From an uncultured Verrucomicrobiae bacterium (lineage in GTDB: Bacteria > Verrucomicrobiota > Verrucomicrobiia > Chthoniobacterales > Chthoniobacteraceae), in the NCBI GenBank assembly GCA_963836755.1, contig CAWIKF010000002.1:2016001-2080000 (forward strand): DNA of 64,000 bases, written 5' to 3'. The notes below the pieces were generated by a model. It saw only the letters and a program-made list of their open reading frames with translations, had not been told where the DNA came from and made no database searches. Each line of letters begins with the position of its first letter. Within the stretch, counting starts at the first letter, position 1. The translations under genes were made by a program, and so were the position numbers. Below, piece by piece: positions 49,013-59,703 of the stretch.

Positions 49013-51058
49013 CTACGCCGCGTAATACTTCGGATAACGGTAATAGTAATAGTCGGGCATCTCGGTATCGATGCAGTTGAGGATTAGCCCAAGGACATTT
49101 ACCTGACGCTGGTAGAGAGCGTTCATCGAATTATGAACGAGGCGAGCCGAAGTAAATTGGGCGCGGATTACCATCAGTGCGCCATCAAAGTTCGGCGCGA
49201 TGGAAGCGGTGTCATCGGTTGCCAGAATCGGAGAAGTGTTGAAAATCACAAGATCGAAGGCAGTTTTCCATTCCGCAAGCAAGCTCTCCAGCTTCGAATC
49301 GAGCAATAGGTCGCTGGATTGATTTGTCACCGGTCCGCGAGGGATGAGTGTCAGTGCTGGGTAAGGAGTAGTCTTTGCGACATTCTTCCACGAGATTTCG
49401 TCCCGGAGGATGTTCGAAAGTCCGAGCCGGCCATCCGTTTCAAAAAGAGACGCTAGATCGCCGCGGCGCAGATCCGCGTCGATCAAAAGGACGCGGGTGC
49501 CGGCGAGGGCCATCGTAATGGCAAGGTTGCTCGCGATTGTCGATTTTCCCTCACCGGGAATCGAGCTGGTGACAAGGACCGTCTTTAATTGAATCTGGTT
49601 CGGGAGAAAAATCAGGGATGATCGCAAGCTCCGAAAAGCTTCTGAGAAAGTGTAACGCGGATCGTCTTCCTGCAACAAGGGCAGCCCGCTCGCAATACGG
49701 CTATCGTTGACGTCGGGAATTTGTCCGAGGATGGATTCAGAGAACTGCTCCATCACTTCGGTCGATGAATTAAAGCGATCGTCAGCGCGGTCAATGACTG
49801 CGAGAACAACGCCTCCGAGTAACAAACCCCCGAGCAATCCAATCGCCATATGCTTCAGCGCGCCAGGGCTGACCTGTTCCGGCGTGGTTGCCGTCTGCAT
49901 GATTTGCACGTTTGTCTGGTCAATGCCTTTGCCCAAATCCAACTCGCGCACGCTGGTAACCAGCTTTTCGTAGAGACTGTTGGTGCGGGTGGCGGCATCT
50001 TTTAACCGCTGGTATTCGGCATCTTTAGTGCTGGCTTCCATTACCTTCCCGTCCCAGTCTTTGATGCTCGTATCAAGGCTCGCAAGATCGGCCTTGATCG
50101 CGTCGATGCGCATCGCTGCATTCTGCCGCGTCTGGTCTTTAATCGTTGCCAGAAGGCGCTCGAGGCTCGCAATGTCCTCTTGCATTTCCTTAAGCTTCGG
50201 ATGCTCAGGCTTCCAAATTTTACTGCGCTCAGCGAGCTCTGCTTTCTTTTGAATAAGTTCCTGTGATTTGAGCGTATATTGCTGGTTGAAATCGTTCGCT
50301 GCGGCAGACTCCGTTACCCCAGCGTCGGGCGGCGCCGTCAACAGCTGATCGCTGCTCAGATTTTGAAGGCGCTGCATCTCCGTGATGAGGTTTGCCTGCT
50401 TGGTCTTGAGGTCGGATAGATACTTTGCTGACGTTCTCCCCTGCTCTTCCCAGAACGCCATGTTGTTTTTCTTGATGAAGTCTTGAACCTCAGCTTCGCG
50501 TTCATCGCGCTCTTTGCCCAAGCGGGTAAGTTCACTGCCAAATTGGTTCATCGCCGAGCCCATGGCATCTCCGGCCTTGGCTTGTTTGAAGTTGAGAAAC
50601 TCGGTCATGACCGCGTCAACAAAGCGCTGAGTGTATGCTGCGTTCACGCCGCGCCCTGTTACCGAAAGGATACTTGTGCGAGGCGCCAGAGCCGGAACTA
50701 CTTTGACTTTGCACGGATGCAGATCGGGTGCTTCCAACGCCACTCTCCTGCGCGCGTTGTCCTGGACTTCGGCATTTTCCAGCAGATGAATCTGCGTTCC
50801 GTAGAAGCCATCCTCCTGCTCACGGTATTGCGCACCTTCGGGAATTTTGATGCCGCCGCTGATCATCAACATTCCGACAGACTCATAAGTCGTCGGTTCG
50901 GAAAAAACGATCCAACCTTCACACGCGAGCCCGAGACCTACAGTCAGCAGAAGCAGCCACCAGCGACGCTTCAGCAAACTTTTATAGCGATAATACTTCA
51001 GGCTGAAGCGCGTGGCCCAATTACGTGAAGGTGGCAGAGGAACAATTTCGGCTTCCAT
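49013..51058 (-). CDS. wzc: Polysaccharide co-polymerase / BY-kinase
   Basis: Two TMs around a coiled coil; SSIPGEGKST, IDADLRR; C-terminal Tyr cluster DYYYYRYPKYY. Confidence 0.9.
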   Translation of the reverse strand: MEAEIVPLPPSRNWATRFSLKYYRYKSLLKRRWWLLLLTVGLGLACEGWIVFSEPTTYESVGMLMISGGIKIPEGAQYREQEDGFYGTQIHLLENAEVQDNARRRVALEAPDLHPCKVKVVPALAPRTSILSVTGRGVNAAYTQRFVDAVMTEFLNFKQAKAGDAMGSAMNQFGSELTRLGKERDEREAEVQDFIKKNNMAFWEEQGRTSAKYLSDLKTKQANLITEMQRLQNLSSDQLLTAPPDAGVTESAAANDFNQQYTLKSQELIQKKAELAERSKIWKPEHPKLKEMQEDIASLERLLATIKDQTRQNAAMRIDAIKADLASLDTSIKDWDGKVMEASTKDAEYQRLKDAATRTNSLYEKLVTSVRELDLGKGIDQTNVQIMQTATTPEQVSPGALKHMAIGLLGGLLLGGVVLAVIDRADDRFNSSTEVMEQFSESILGQIPDVNDSRIASGLPLLQEDDPRYTFSEAFRSLRSSLIFLPNQIQLKTVLVTSSIPGEGKSTIASNLAITMALAGTRVLLIDADLRRGDLASLFETDGRLGLSNILRDEISWKNVAKTTPYPALTLIPRGPVTNQSSDLLLDSKLESLLAEWKTAFDLVIFNTSPILATDDTASIAPNFDGALMVIRAQFTSARLVHNSMNALYQRQVNVLGLILNCIDTEMPDYYYYRYPKYYAA

Positions 51059-51063
51059 GACTG

Positions 51064-51819
51064 TTAGAAATTGATGAGCTTCTGCGGGACGTAAATGTAG
51101 TCGCCATCCTGCACTTCCACGTCGAGTTCCGCCCGACCTTTCTCAAGCACCGCGCCGATATCGATTTTTTTGTTTTCGGTGGTCTTGGCTCCCTTTCGCG
51201 TGAGGCGCACTCGCGCTTTATCCGCAAACTGCGCAAAACCGCCTGCCTTGATGATCACTGCACTGACAGTCAACCTTTCGCCGGGAAAAAGATCCTGCGG
51301 CCCTGGCTGCTTCACGAGACCTGACACATAGACTTTTCCTAGAGAACGACCTATTGCTCGTTGATCAATGCCGAGCTTGACTGTGGCTTTGTAGTAATAC
51401 TTTGATTCCAGTAGCTTCTTCGCCTCAAGCGCAACGGTATCGCACGTGCGATTCAATGCGGGAACGCGACCTACATAAGGAATATCGAGTTCGCCGCTAT
51501 CTGTGACGCGGAGTTTGACGGGTGTGTCGCGATCTTCCTGGATGGAAAAGGTGACGATGTCACCCACTCCCAATGGAGTCTCGCGATCGACGGCCATGGC
51601 CGGCGCAACCTGACCCGCGGCGGGCCATTGCGAGGGCGCGAGGGGTTGCGCGAATTGAGCGCTATTTTCCGGCGGCTGAGCCGTGGCGGTTACTGCCGGA
51701 TTTCCGAAACGAGGACGCGCGGCATCAAGATTCGCCGACTGTGCAACGCAGTGGGTCTGTGCGATTCCAGCGAGAGCAGCGAAGAAGCATGTTAGGATTG
51801 CACAGAATTTCGTCATCAA
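51064..51819 (-). CDS. wza: Polysaccharide export (OPX/Wza-like) protein with Poly_export and SLBB domains
   Basis: LGVGD, SGELDIPYVG, VSGLVKQPG, AGGF, DGDYIYVP. Confidence 0.88.
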   Translation of the reverse strand: MMTKFCAILTCFFAALAGIAQTHCVAQSANLDAARPRFGNPAVTATAQPPENSAQFAQPLAPSQWPAAGQVAPAMAVDRETPLGVGDIVTFSIQEDRDTPVKLRVTDSGELDIPYVGRVPALNRTCDTVALEAKKLLESKYYYKATVKLGIDQRAIGRSLGKVYVSGLVKQPGPQDLFPGERLTVSAVIIKAGGFAQFADKARVRLTRKGAKTTENKKIDIGAVLEKGRAELDVEVQDGDYIYVPQKLINF

Positions 51820-51827
51820 GCAGGACC

Positions 51828-53084
51828 TCAGAAGTTATAAAAGACGCTGAGCAACACCAGGTTTTGGTAGTAGCTCGAATCGGGCTGGTTGGAATCTTTG
51901 AGCACGAATCGATAATCCGCTCCAAAGGTGACGGATGGGGTGAGCACGTAACGGAGACCAATGGCGGCACCGTAGCGGTCGGCTTTTTCAGAATCGCCGC
52001 CAGAAGTTTTGTAATGCTCGTAAAATGCAACGGGATCAAGCGTGAGGCTCTGCGTCAATTTCCAGTCGGCGGCATATTCCAGATGCCACAGCTCATAAAA
52101 GTTGGTGTTAAAGCCGCTCTCTGTCGTCTTCGAGAAGCTAAGGCGCTGATTCACATTCTCGCTCAGGCGATTGTCGATTTCCGACTTGATGTAGTAGGTG
52201 TTCGCATCTTCGTCGTCAGGCACGCTGCCGCCGTTGTCGAAAGAAAAATTTTGGTAGCCGGCTTCGAGATAAACGCGAGTGCTTTCGGTAAGGCCGATAT
52301 CCACGAAGGGTCCGACGAGGTAGCTGGTGCCGTCGTTCAGAATGTCGTGCGTATGCTGCACCCAGTTGACAGAACCATTCAGGCCGATGGAAGCCGCCGG
52401 GGCGACTTTTATAGAAGGCCGCAGATAAAGCGTATCGACAGACTGCTCGAGGGAGTCGAAGTCGTGGTCGCGCGTCCACAAGTTATAATGGTTGTAGCCT
52501 CCGGTTAGTGTGGTCGTCGCATTGATGGCCCAATCGGCTTGCAGGCCAACTAGATTTTCGAACCGCCGATAGACCGCGACGCCACTCAGCACGGGGAGAT
52601 CGAAAGGATCTTCCTGATAGCTAAAGCGGTCACGCACGGTGATCGCCACGTCGCCCACGTGGACAGTCATCGCCACTTCGGAGTTCGGCGAAAGCAGCAC
52701 GCCACGGGTGTCGAATTCCGAATGGTCAAAGTATTTCGCGTAACTCAGGCCGAGCGAAAACCGCAAGGTGTTCAGTTCGCTCAAGGGCCACACCGTCTCG
52801 ATATTAAGCGAGGGTCGGAAAATGAAATCGCTCTGCCGGTGATGGTCAGACAGCTCAATGTTGTCGTTATACTCAAGTCCGGCGCCTGCTGCGACGTTGA
52901 AACGGACGGGACCCGCCATCAGGTTGTAGCGCTCTTCTTCCTGAGGATTGATCTGGACGACCGGGGCGGTTTGGCGCGGGCTTTCCAGTTCGCGAAAATA
53001 TTCGTCCTGTGCGTGGAGGAGCGTCGGGGAGACGATGCCGGCGGAGAGGATGGTGAAAGCGAGTCGACGGAGTGAAATTTTCAT
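51828..53084 (-). CDS. Outer membrane beta-barrel associated with polysaccharide export
   Basis: Signal peptide, YNDNI, alternating aromatic beta-strands, terminal YNF. Confidence 0.8.
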   Translation of the reverse strand: MKISLRRLAFTILSAGIVSPTLLHAQDEYFRELESPRQTAPVVQINPQEEERYNLMAGPVRFNVAAGAGLEYNDNIELSDHHRQSDFIFRPSLNIETVWPLSELNTLRFSLGLSYAKYFDHSEFDTRGVLLSPNSEVAMTVHVGDVAITVRDRFSYQEDPFDLPVLSGVAVYRRFENLVGLQADWAINATTTLTGGYNHYNLWTRDHDFDSLEQSVDTLYLRPSIKVAPAASIGLNGSVNWVQHTHDILNDGTSYLVGPFVDIGLTESTRVYLEAGYQNFSFDNGGSVPDDEDANTYYIKSEIDNRLSENVNQRLSFSKTTESGFNTNFYELWHLEYAADWKLTQSLTLDPVAFYEHYKTSGGDSEKADRYGAAIGLRYVLTPSVTFGADYRFVLKDSNQPDSSYYQNLVLLSVFYNF

Positions 53085-53160
53085 AATGAATTGCCTTGGT
53101 TTGATGGCGGGGATGGTGGGGATAAGTTTCGGTTTTGGCAAATGCAAAAAAATAAAAGGA

Positions 53161-56100
53161 TCAGTGTTTTGCGTTTTTGCCGGTTTCGTTCGCGACGATC
53201 ACGCGAAATCCGTAATTATCAGTGTAACTATCCGGGGCGGCATGCACCCGGCACGAGGAGAGCAGGCTCAGCTTGAGCGCGCCGTTATACCACGAACCGC
53301 CGCGCAGAACCTTCTGCCGGTGCTCGTCATTCCACCAGTCCATGCACCATTGCCAGACGTTGCCGCCCATGTCGAAGAGCCCGTATTTGTTCGCGCGGAA
53401 AGTTCCGACGGGCGACGTCCACGCGAAGCCATCATCGTAACCTTTGATCGCGACGTCGGAGCCGGTTTCCTCACCGGTGTAATTGCCAGCGCCTTCCGGC
53501 GGCGGCCATTGCGTGCCCCACGGATACTGATCGGGCACATCCATGTCGCGCGCCTCGGCAGTCCGGCCAGGTTCTTCAGGAAGTCCGACCGCTTTGCTCC
53601 ACTCCGAATCCGTCGGCAAACGATATGCCTGATTCGCAGCGAGCAAGCCTTCCTTGCGCTCTTTTTCCGTCAGCCATTTGCAAAAAGCCACCGAATCATT
53701 CCAGCTCACATTCACCACTGGATGATCGGGACCTTGCCGAAAGCCTGGCTGCATCCATGCAGTCGACTTTGACCCGGTCGCTTTCGCGAACGCGTTAAAA
53801 TCCTGCACACGGGTTTGCCAGACACAAAAAAGCACGCCGCCCACTGATGCAAATTTCATGCCCAGCGAGTTCATTAAAGTTTGATCGAGTTTTGCAGGCG
53901 GAACTCCAACCGTCAGGGAAGGATTTTTCTTGCCCGTCTGCGGCGACGCCATTGCCTGCGGAGGAAGGGGAACGCTCGGCGCCGGCGATGCACCAGTCGT
54001 CACTGGCAACGCCGCAGCGGATTTCGCTGCCGCTGCCGCTGCCGCTGCGGCGCGATCACGCGCCTTTTGCGCTTCATCAAATTGCTTCTGCGCATCCTGC
54101 AGCGCCTTTTGCGCATCGGCCGCGGCCTTTGCCGCAACCGCTGCCTGTTCCGCAATCCGGTGCAGTTCAGCTTCCCGCGCGGCGCGGACTTTGCCAGCTT
54201 CCTCCGCAGCCCTGCTCGCTTGCTCCGTCTCACGAATTTGCTCCACCTGCGCCAGCGCAGCCGCAGCAGCAGTTTCCGCTTGTTTAACATCAGCCTCCGC
54301 TTGTTTTTGCGCTGCAGCAGGACTCACCGTCCCTTTCTGGAAACCCGCGGCCGCTTGTTTGCGATCGGTGGCCAACTTTTGATATTTCTGCGCATCCGCT
54401 TCCGCTTGTTGCAAGAGAGATAGTTGTTGTTTAACGGATTGTTGGCCGTCCGCCACAGCCTGGCGCGCCGCTGCCGCAGCTTTCGCTTTATCGGCGGCAA
54501 ATTTTTGCGCGGCCTCGGCATCGGCATCGGCTTTTTTCTGCGCGTCTTCGCGCTGCTTCTGAGCGGCGGCAAGATCATCGGCCGCTTTTTTCGCGGCAGC
54601 AGCAGCGGCAACTTTTTGCTGCTCCTTCGCCTCCGCTTCCTTTAATCCAGCTTCCGCCGCTTGTTCGGCTTTCGAATTATTGGCCTGCGCCTGCGCGAGC
54701 GCGGCAAGCTTTTGACGCGCCGCATCGGCGACTTTCATTTTTTCATTCGCTGCTTGGATCGCCTGCGCGAGTTTCGAGCCCGGCTCGACTCCAGCTGTGC
54801 TTAATGGGCTGCTGGCGGCGACCGCAGCCGCACCAGTGGCGTTTCCTGGCAAGGCCAAAGACAATGTGCCTGTTTTTTGGGCGTTCACTGCGGACGCACT
54901 CGGGGCCGCCGACGGCGAAGTCGCAACAGGACGCGGTGTCGCCTCATTTTTCGCAATGACGATCGGCGCGGCAGCAGACGGTTTGGTGGGAAGTTCGACT
55001 TTTTCCGCGATCTCAGCCGGGTTGTGCGACGGCGGCGCCACTTGGTTTTTCGACGATGCATTTTGCACGGGTTCGAGCTTCGTGACGGCCGGGCTAAAGT
55101 CGGTTTCTTTCTTTTCTGATCCGCCAAAGATTAGATACGCAGCGATTCCAATGATGAGCACGACAGCGGCGATCGCCAGCGCAGAGCCGGGCAGTTTTGT
55201 TTTTCTTTCCGGCCTTTGCTCCTCCACGCCAACAAATGCGCGCAACGGAAATCCGCTCGGCGTGGTCGGGCCGGCCTTTCGCTCAGCGGCGGGCTCGTTT
55301 CCGAGAGATTCCTCGCCGCCCGGTTCGTGAGATTTGGATTCGCCATCCCCTTTTTTCCCAAGCGACGTTTGTGAAACAACTGTCGCCTCTGTGATAACTG
55401 GCGTTTTCGTCGGACCCCACTGCTTTTTCTCCGTCAAGACTGCGGCGGCAGCGTCATCCGTCGTCTCCTTCACAGGTTCAGCTTCCGCTGCGGCTGTCGG
55501 CGTTTGCTCTTGTGCAACGGAAGGTTCACCCGCGGGAATATCTTTGTCGGCTTTGATTGCCGCGGAGACTTCCACCGCATGACTCGGACGCTGCGCGGTG
55601 TGTTTATCGAGGCAAAGTGCGACCGTTTTTTCCCAATTGTTCGGAATCGCCTCGCCATCGAAGCCGAGCTCCTGCCGGCGCGCCGTCATGGTCGGCGGCA
55701 CGGCCTTGCGGATTTGTGAGATGAGATCCCCTTTGAAAAACGGCGGTGCGCTCGTGAGCAGGTCGTAAATCACCGCGCCGAGCGAATAGATGTCGTCCCA
55801 TTTGCTCGGGCGTTCGCCGTCGAGCTGCTGCGGGCTCATGTAGGCGAGATTGCCGTCGCCATGGACTTTTTGCCCGCTGCGGCTCAGCGAATCGAGGATC
55901 GCGCGGCTGATTCCAAAATTCATCACCGCGAGGCCGGTCGAGGTCACCAGAAGATTTTCCGGCGCGAGATCGCGATGCAAAAAATCAACCTTGTGTGTAT
56001 CTTCGAGCGTTTGGCAAAGCTGTGCGACCCACGCGGAGATTTCCGAGACATTGAAGAGGCCGATCTCCTTTTTTTTCTTCAGCGCCGCGACTGTCTCGCC

Positions 56101-56418
56101 CTCGAGATAATCCATCGTGATCGCCGCCCAATTATCCTCCTCGATCAAATCATGCACCCGGAGGATGTGCGGGTGAACAATCTGCCGGTTGCGCTTGGTT
56201 TCCTGCTTGATCTCATTCATCGCCCGCTCGTCGGAGACGACCGTATCCGGCAGGAAGTGCAGTGTTAAACGCTTATTTAACTCCTCATCCTGAACCAGCC
56301 AGACGACGCCGGGTCCGTCAAAGGGCAAAATTTCCTGCAGCGTATAACAGCCGGCGACTTTATCTCCTGGCTTAAAGTTTTGTGCGAGGGAACTGGCGGT
56401 GGATGTTTCGGTGGTCAC
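53161..56418 (-). CDS. Ser/Thr kinase-like domain + TM + Ala/Lys/Gln-rich coiled coil + FGE-sulfatase (SUMF1) domain
   Basis: HRDLAPEN, YMSPQQ; HPVVNVSW, YRLPT, DMGGNVWQW, RGGSW, GFR. Confidence 0.85.
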   Translation of the reverse strand: MTTETSTASSLAQNFKPGDKVAGCYTLQEILPFDGPGVVWLVQDEELNKRLTLHFLPDTVVSDERAMNEIKQETKRNRQIVHPHILRVHDLIEEDNWAAITMDYLEGETVAALKKKKEIGLFNVSEISAWVAQLCQTLEDTHKVDFLHRDLAPENLLVTSTGLAVMNFGISRAILDSLSRSGQKVHGDGNLAYMSPQQLDGERPSKWDDIYSLGAVIYDLLTSAPPFFKGDLISQIRKAVPPTMTARRQELGFDGEAIPNNWEKTVALCLDKHTAQRPSHAVEVSAAIKADKDIPAGEPSVAQEQTPTAAAEAEPVKETTDDAAAAVLTEKKQWGPTKTPVITEATVVSQTSLGKKGDGESKSHEPGGEESLGNEPAAERKAGPTTPSGFPLRAFVGVEEQRPERKTKLPGSALAIAAVVLIIGIAAYLIFGGSEKKETDFSPAVTKLEPVQNASSKNQVAPPSHNPAEIAEKVELPTKPSAAAPIVIAKNEATPRPVATSPSAAPSASAVNAQKTGTLSLALPGNATGAAAVAASSPLSTAGVEPGSKLAQAIQAANEKMKVADAARQKLAALAQAQANNSKAEQAAEAGLKEAEAKEQQKVAAAAAAKKAADDLAAAQKQREDAQKKADADAEAAQKFAADKAKAAAAARQAVADGQQSVKQQLSLLQQAEADAQKYQKLATDRKQAAAGFQKGTVSPAAAQKQAEADVKQAETAAAAALAQVEQIRETEQASRAAEEAGKVRAAREAELHRIAEQAAVAAKAAADAQKALQDAQKQFDEAQKARDRAAAAAAAAAKSAAALPVTTGASPAPSVPLPPQAMASPQTGKKNPSLTVGVPPAKLDQTLMNSLGMKFASVGGVLFCVWQTRVQDFNAFAKATGSKSTAWMQPGFRQGPDHPVVNVSWNDSVAFCKWLTEKERKEGLLAANQAYRLPTDSEWSKAVGLPEEPGRTAEARDMDVPDQYPWGTQWPPPEGAGNYTGEETGSDVAIKGYDDGFAWTSPVGTFRANKYGLFDMGGNVWQWCMDWWNDEHRQKVLRGGSWYNGALKLSLLSSCRVHAAPDSYTDNYGFRVIVANETGKNAKH

Positions 56419-56703
56419 AAGCGTCTCCGTGGTAATACGTTTTTTTGATTAGATTCCTCGCCACGCAAAGCCGGTTTGCAGCATCTGTCGGGCGAAGCCG
56501 GACATCCATAATTGCGCGGCGCTTTTTTGCCAAACCTAATTTTTCAGCGGGCGCGCGCTCCTGCTGTTAAAAAAGTGTGAATTCCAGAAAATATTTCTTG
56601 CGGCCACTGGAACGACTGCTATTATAAATTCTCAAATCGCCATAACCACTGCAATTTGTCGTGGTTGAGACGATTTTTATTCACAAAAACCATTTCATCC
56701 ATT

Positions 56704-57999
56704 ATGAAGCGAATCATGAAGATCAACTCGGCCTTTCTCGTGGCGGCATTGGCCACGTCCATGGCTCACGCCGCCCCGAATGACGGAAGCACCGCCTCAC
56801 AGCAGCTTCAAGTTTATCCGAAGAATCTTGCCCGCCAGAACGTCGGTGCGAATCTTCTGGAATATAATCCCACCAGCAAATCCTTCGCAGCGACCAAGGC
56901 CGCTGCCGCGTGGCTCGATGATGATGTCGCCACCGGCTGGCCCGCGCCAACCGGACAGCATTATTATATGATCGCGCTGCCCGAGCCGCAGTTGCTGACA
57001 AATTTTGCCATCTCCACCCGCGCCGCTTCTGGAACCGTCTCCATCTATGCGGGCGACGAAGCTGCTGCGCCATCAGCGAAATCGTGGAATTTGCTCGCGA
57101 AAGACGTGAGCGTCGATTCCATCAATCAAAAATTGCTCGCGAATCCCTTCAGCCGCTTTGCGAAATATTTCCTGATCGAGACGAACCTATCGACCGGCGG
57201 ACCTTGGTATAGCATTTACCTCTACGGCGAAAAACCGGCCGTGGCTTATCACCTCCAGCAGCGGGCGCAACCGGTTAATCCGACAAACCTCATCGGGCCT
57301 TACAGCAATTCGGCGACAGCTTTCAATATGTCGAGCCTCTACGCCCACAGCCACGTCGCCTTTGCGAATACCACCGACACTCCGACAGGCTGGCAGAAAG
57401 CGATCGACGATAATCCGGAGACTGCGACAAGCATCGCCCCTTCGAAAGATCAAGCGGGTCTCGTGATCCGCTACGACAGCACTCAGTCGATTCAGCGCAT
57501 CTCCGTGCTTACCGATGGAAAGGCGAAAGGAAAACTTGAATTTTTCCTCAGCAATCAAGCCGCCACGGTGAAAAATCTCCCGTCGGACATGGAGAGCAAC
57601 GATTCGCGATTCATCAAAGCGAGCAACGAAGCCGGCCTGAGCCCGGCTGAAATGAAGCCAGTTGCAACGATCAAACTCGATGGCGCCGATTCTCGCGGCA
57701 GCGCTGATTTTGCGCCTGTCAGCGGTTCACAGCTCATCGCCCGCTGGACGCCGGATGAAGACGGCCAGTTGGTCGCGGTGCGCGAAGTCAATTCCTTTGG
57801 CAGCGGCCCGGCGATGTCCGAACAGGAATTGGTTGCGACTGATGATACCGCCGAAGATCTCCGCACTGATCCGTCCAAGGATGCGAAAGACTTTAAGAAT
57901 TTGCTTCCAGTCGGTGAAGCCGCTGATCCGAAAACGGCCTTCATTCCTGGCGTCGTTCATCCGCCGCCAAATATCCCTCTTGGCTTCAGCCAAAAATAG
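56704..57999 (+). CDS. Secreted hypothetical protein with two discoidin-like modules
   Basis: Signal peptide ending AHA; WLDDDVATGW and AIDDNPETA segments. Confidence 0.65.
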   Translation: MKRIMKINSAFLVAALATSMAHAAPNDGSTASQQLQVYPKNLARQNVGANLLEYNPTSKSFAATKAAAAWLDDDVATGWPAPTGQHYYMIALPEPQLLTNFAISTRAASGTVSIYAGDEAAAPSAKSWNLLAKDVSVDSINQKLLANPFSRFAKYFLIETNLSTGGPWYSIYLYGEKPAVAYHLQQRAQPVNPTNLIGPYSNSATAFNMSSLYAHSHVAFANTTDTPTGWQKAIDDNPETATSIAPSKDQAGLVIRYDSTQSIQRISVLTDGKAKGKLEFFLSNQAATVKNLPSDMESNDSRFIKASNEAGLSPAEMKPVATIKLDGADSRGSADFAPVSGSQLIARWTPDEDGQLVAVREVNSFGSGPAMSEQELVATDDTAEDLRTDPSKDAKDFKNLLPVGEAADPKTAFIPGVVHPPPNIPLGFSQK

Positions 58000-58012
58000 A
58001 CTTCAGTGAATC

Positions 58013-58046
58013 AAAAAAGCGCGAGGCAAACACCTCGCGCTTTTTT
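58013..58046 (+). terminator. Intrinsic terminator (bidirectional form)
   Basis: aaaaaagcgcgagg-caaaca-cctcgcgctttttt. Confidence 0.9.
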
Positions 58047-58108
58047 GCGTCCTCATCCATTCTCGCCGCCCGATTGCGACGAGCAATCGCGTCAAAGTTT
58101 CTTCGCCA

Positions 58109-59227
<1,119 letters not shown>

Positions 59228-59362
59228 ACGTTTGTGCGAACACAAAGCGCCTGCTTCGTGAGTGTTTAGCACTTGTTGGACCGGCGTTAAAAAGAAGGCC
59301 AAAGAAAGTTGCATCCTTTTCTTGCGATGTGCACGATATTGGTTTAAACAATCAACCACATC

Positions 59363-59548
59363 ATGAGTAAATACACCGCATTTCGTTGTCCCGAGGAATT
59401 ACTGGAAAAAGCCAAGGCCCGCGCACAGAAGGATCGCCGCTCTCTCAGCAACTACCTCATCACTTTAATCGAGCGTGACGTCGCTGGCGATCCATCCTTG
59501 GAGAGCAAAAAGAGCCCTGCAAAAAAGCCGGCTTCGAAAGGCCGCTAA
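59363..59548 (+). CDS. Small ribbon-helix-helix (Arc-like) DNA-binding protein
   Basis: TAFRCPEELLEKAKARAQKDRRSLSNYLITLIE; has its own terminator. Confidence 0.7.
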   Translation: MSKYTAFRCPEELLEKAKARAQKDRRSLSNYLITLIERDVAGDPSLESKKSPAKKPASKGR

Positions 59549-59565
59549 CATCTCGTTCTAACTGC

Positions 59566-59595
59566 AAAGCCGCCGTTCAGAAAACGGCGGCTTTG
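59566..59595 (+). terminator. Terminator-like hairpin after the RHH gene
   Basis: aaagccgccgtt-caga-aaacggcggcttt. Confidence 0.75.
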
Positions 59596-59627
59596 TCGTG
59601 TCGTGATCGGACGGTTAAGGCGCAACG

Positions 59628-59643
59628 TGGCATGGATGCTGCT
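59628..59643 (+). promoter_or_regulatory. Sigma54-type promoter of the pilin gene
   Basis: TGGCATGGATGCTGCT (GG-N10-GC). Confidence 0.72.
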
Positions 59644-59703
59644 TAATAGTGGTCTGCAACTGTAGAAATAAACGCAATCATTAAACTTAGAAAAGCAACA
59701 TCC

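Noticed and set aside
53161..53300. FGE/C-type lectin C-terminus as a diversity-generating retroelement target
   Set aside because: No template-repeat copy differing at adenines and no reverse transcriptase seen in the window
54000..54790. GCT/GCC-rich repeats as a DNA repeat array
   Set aside because: Explained by Ala-rich coiled-coil coding sequence
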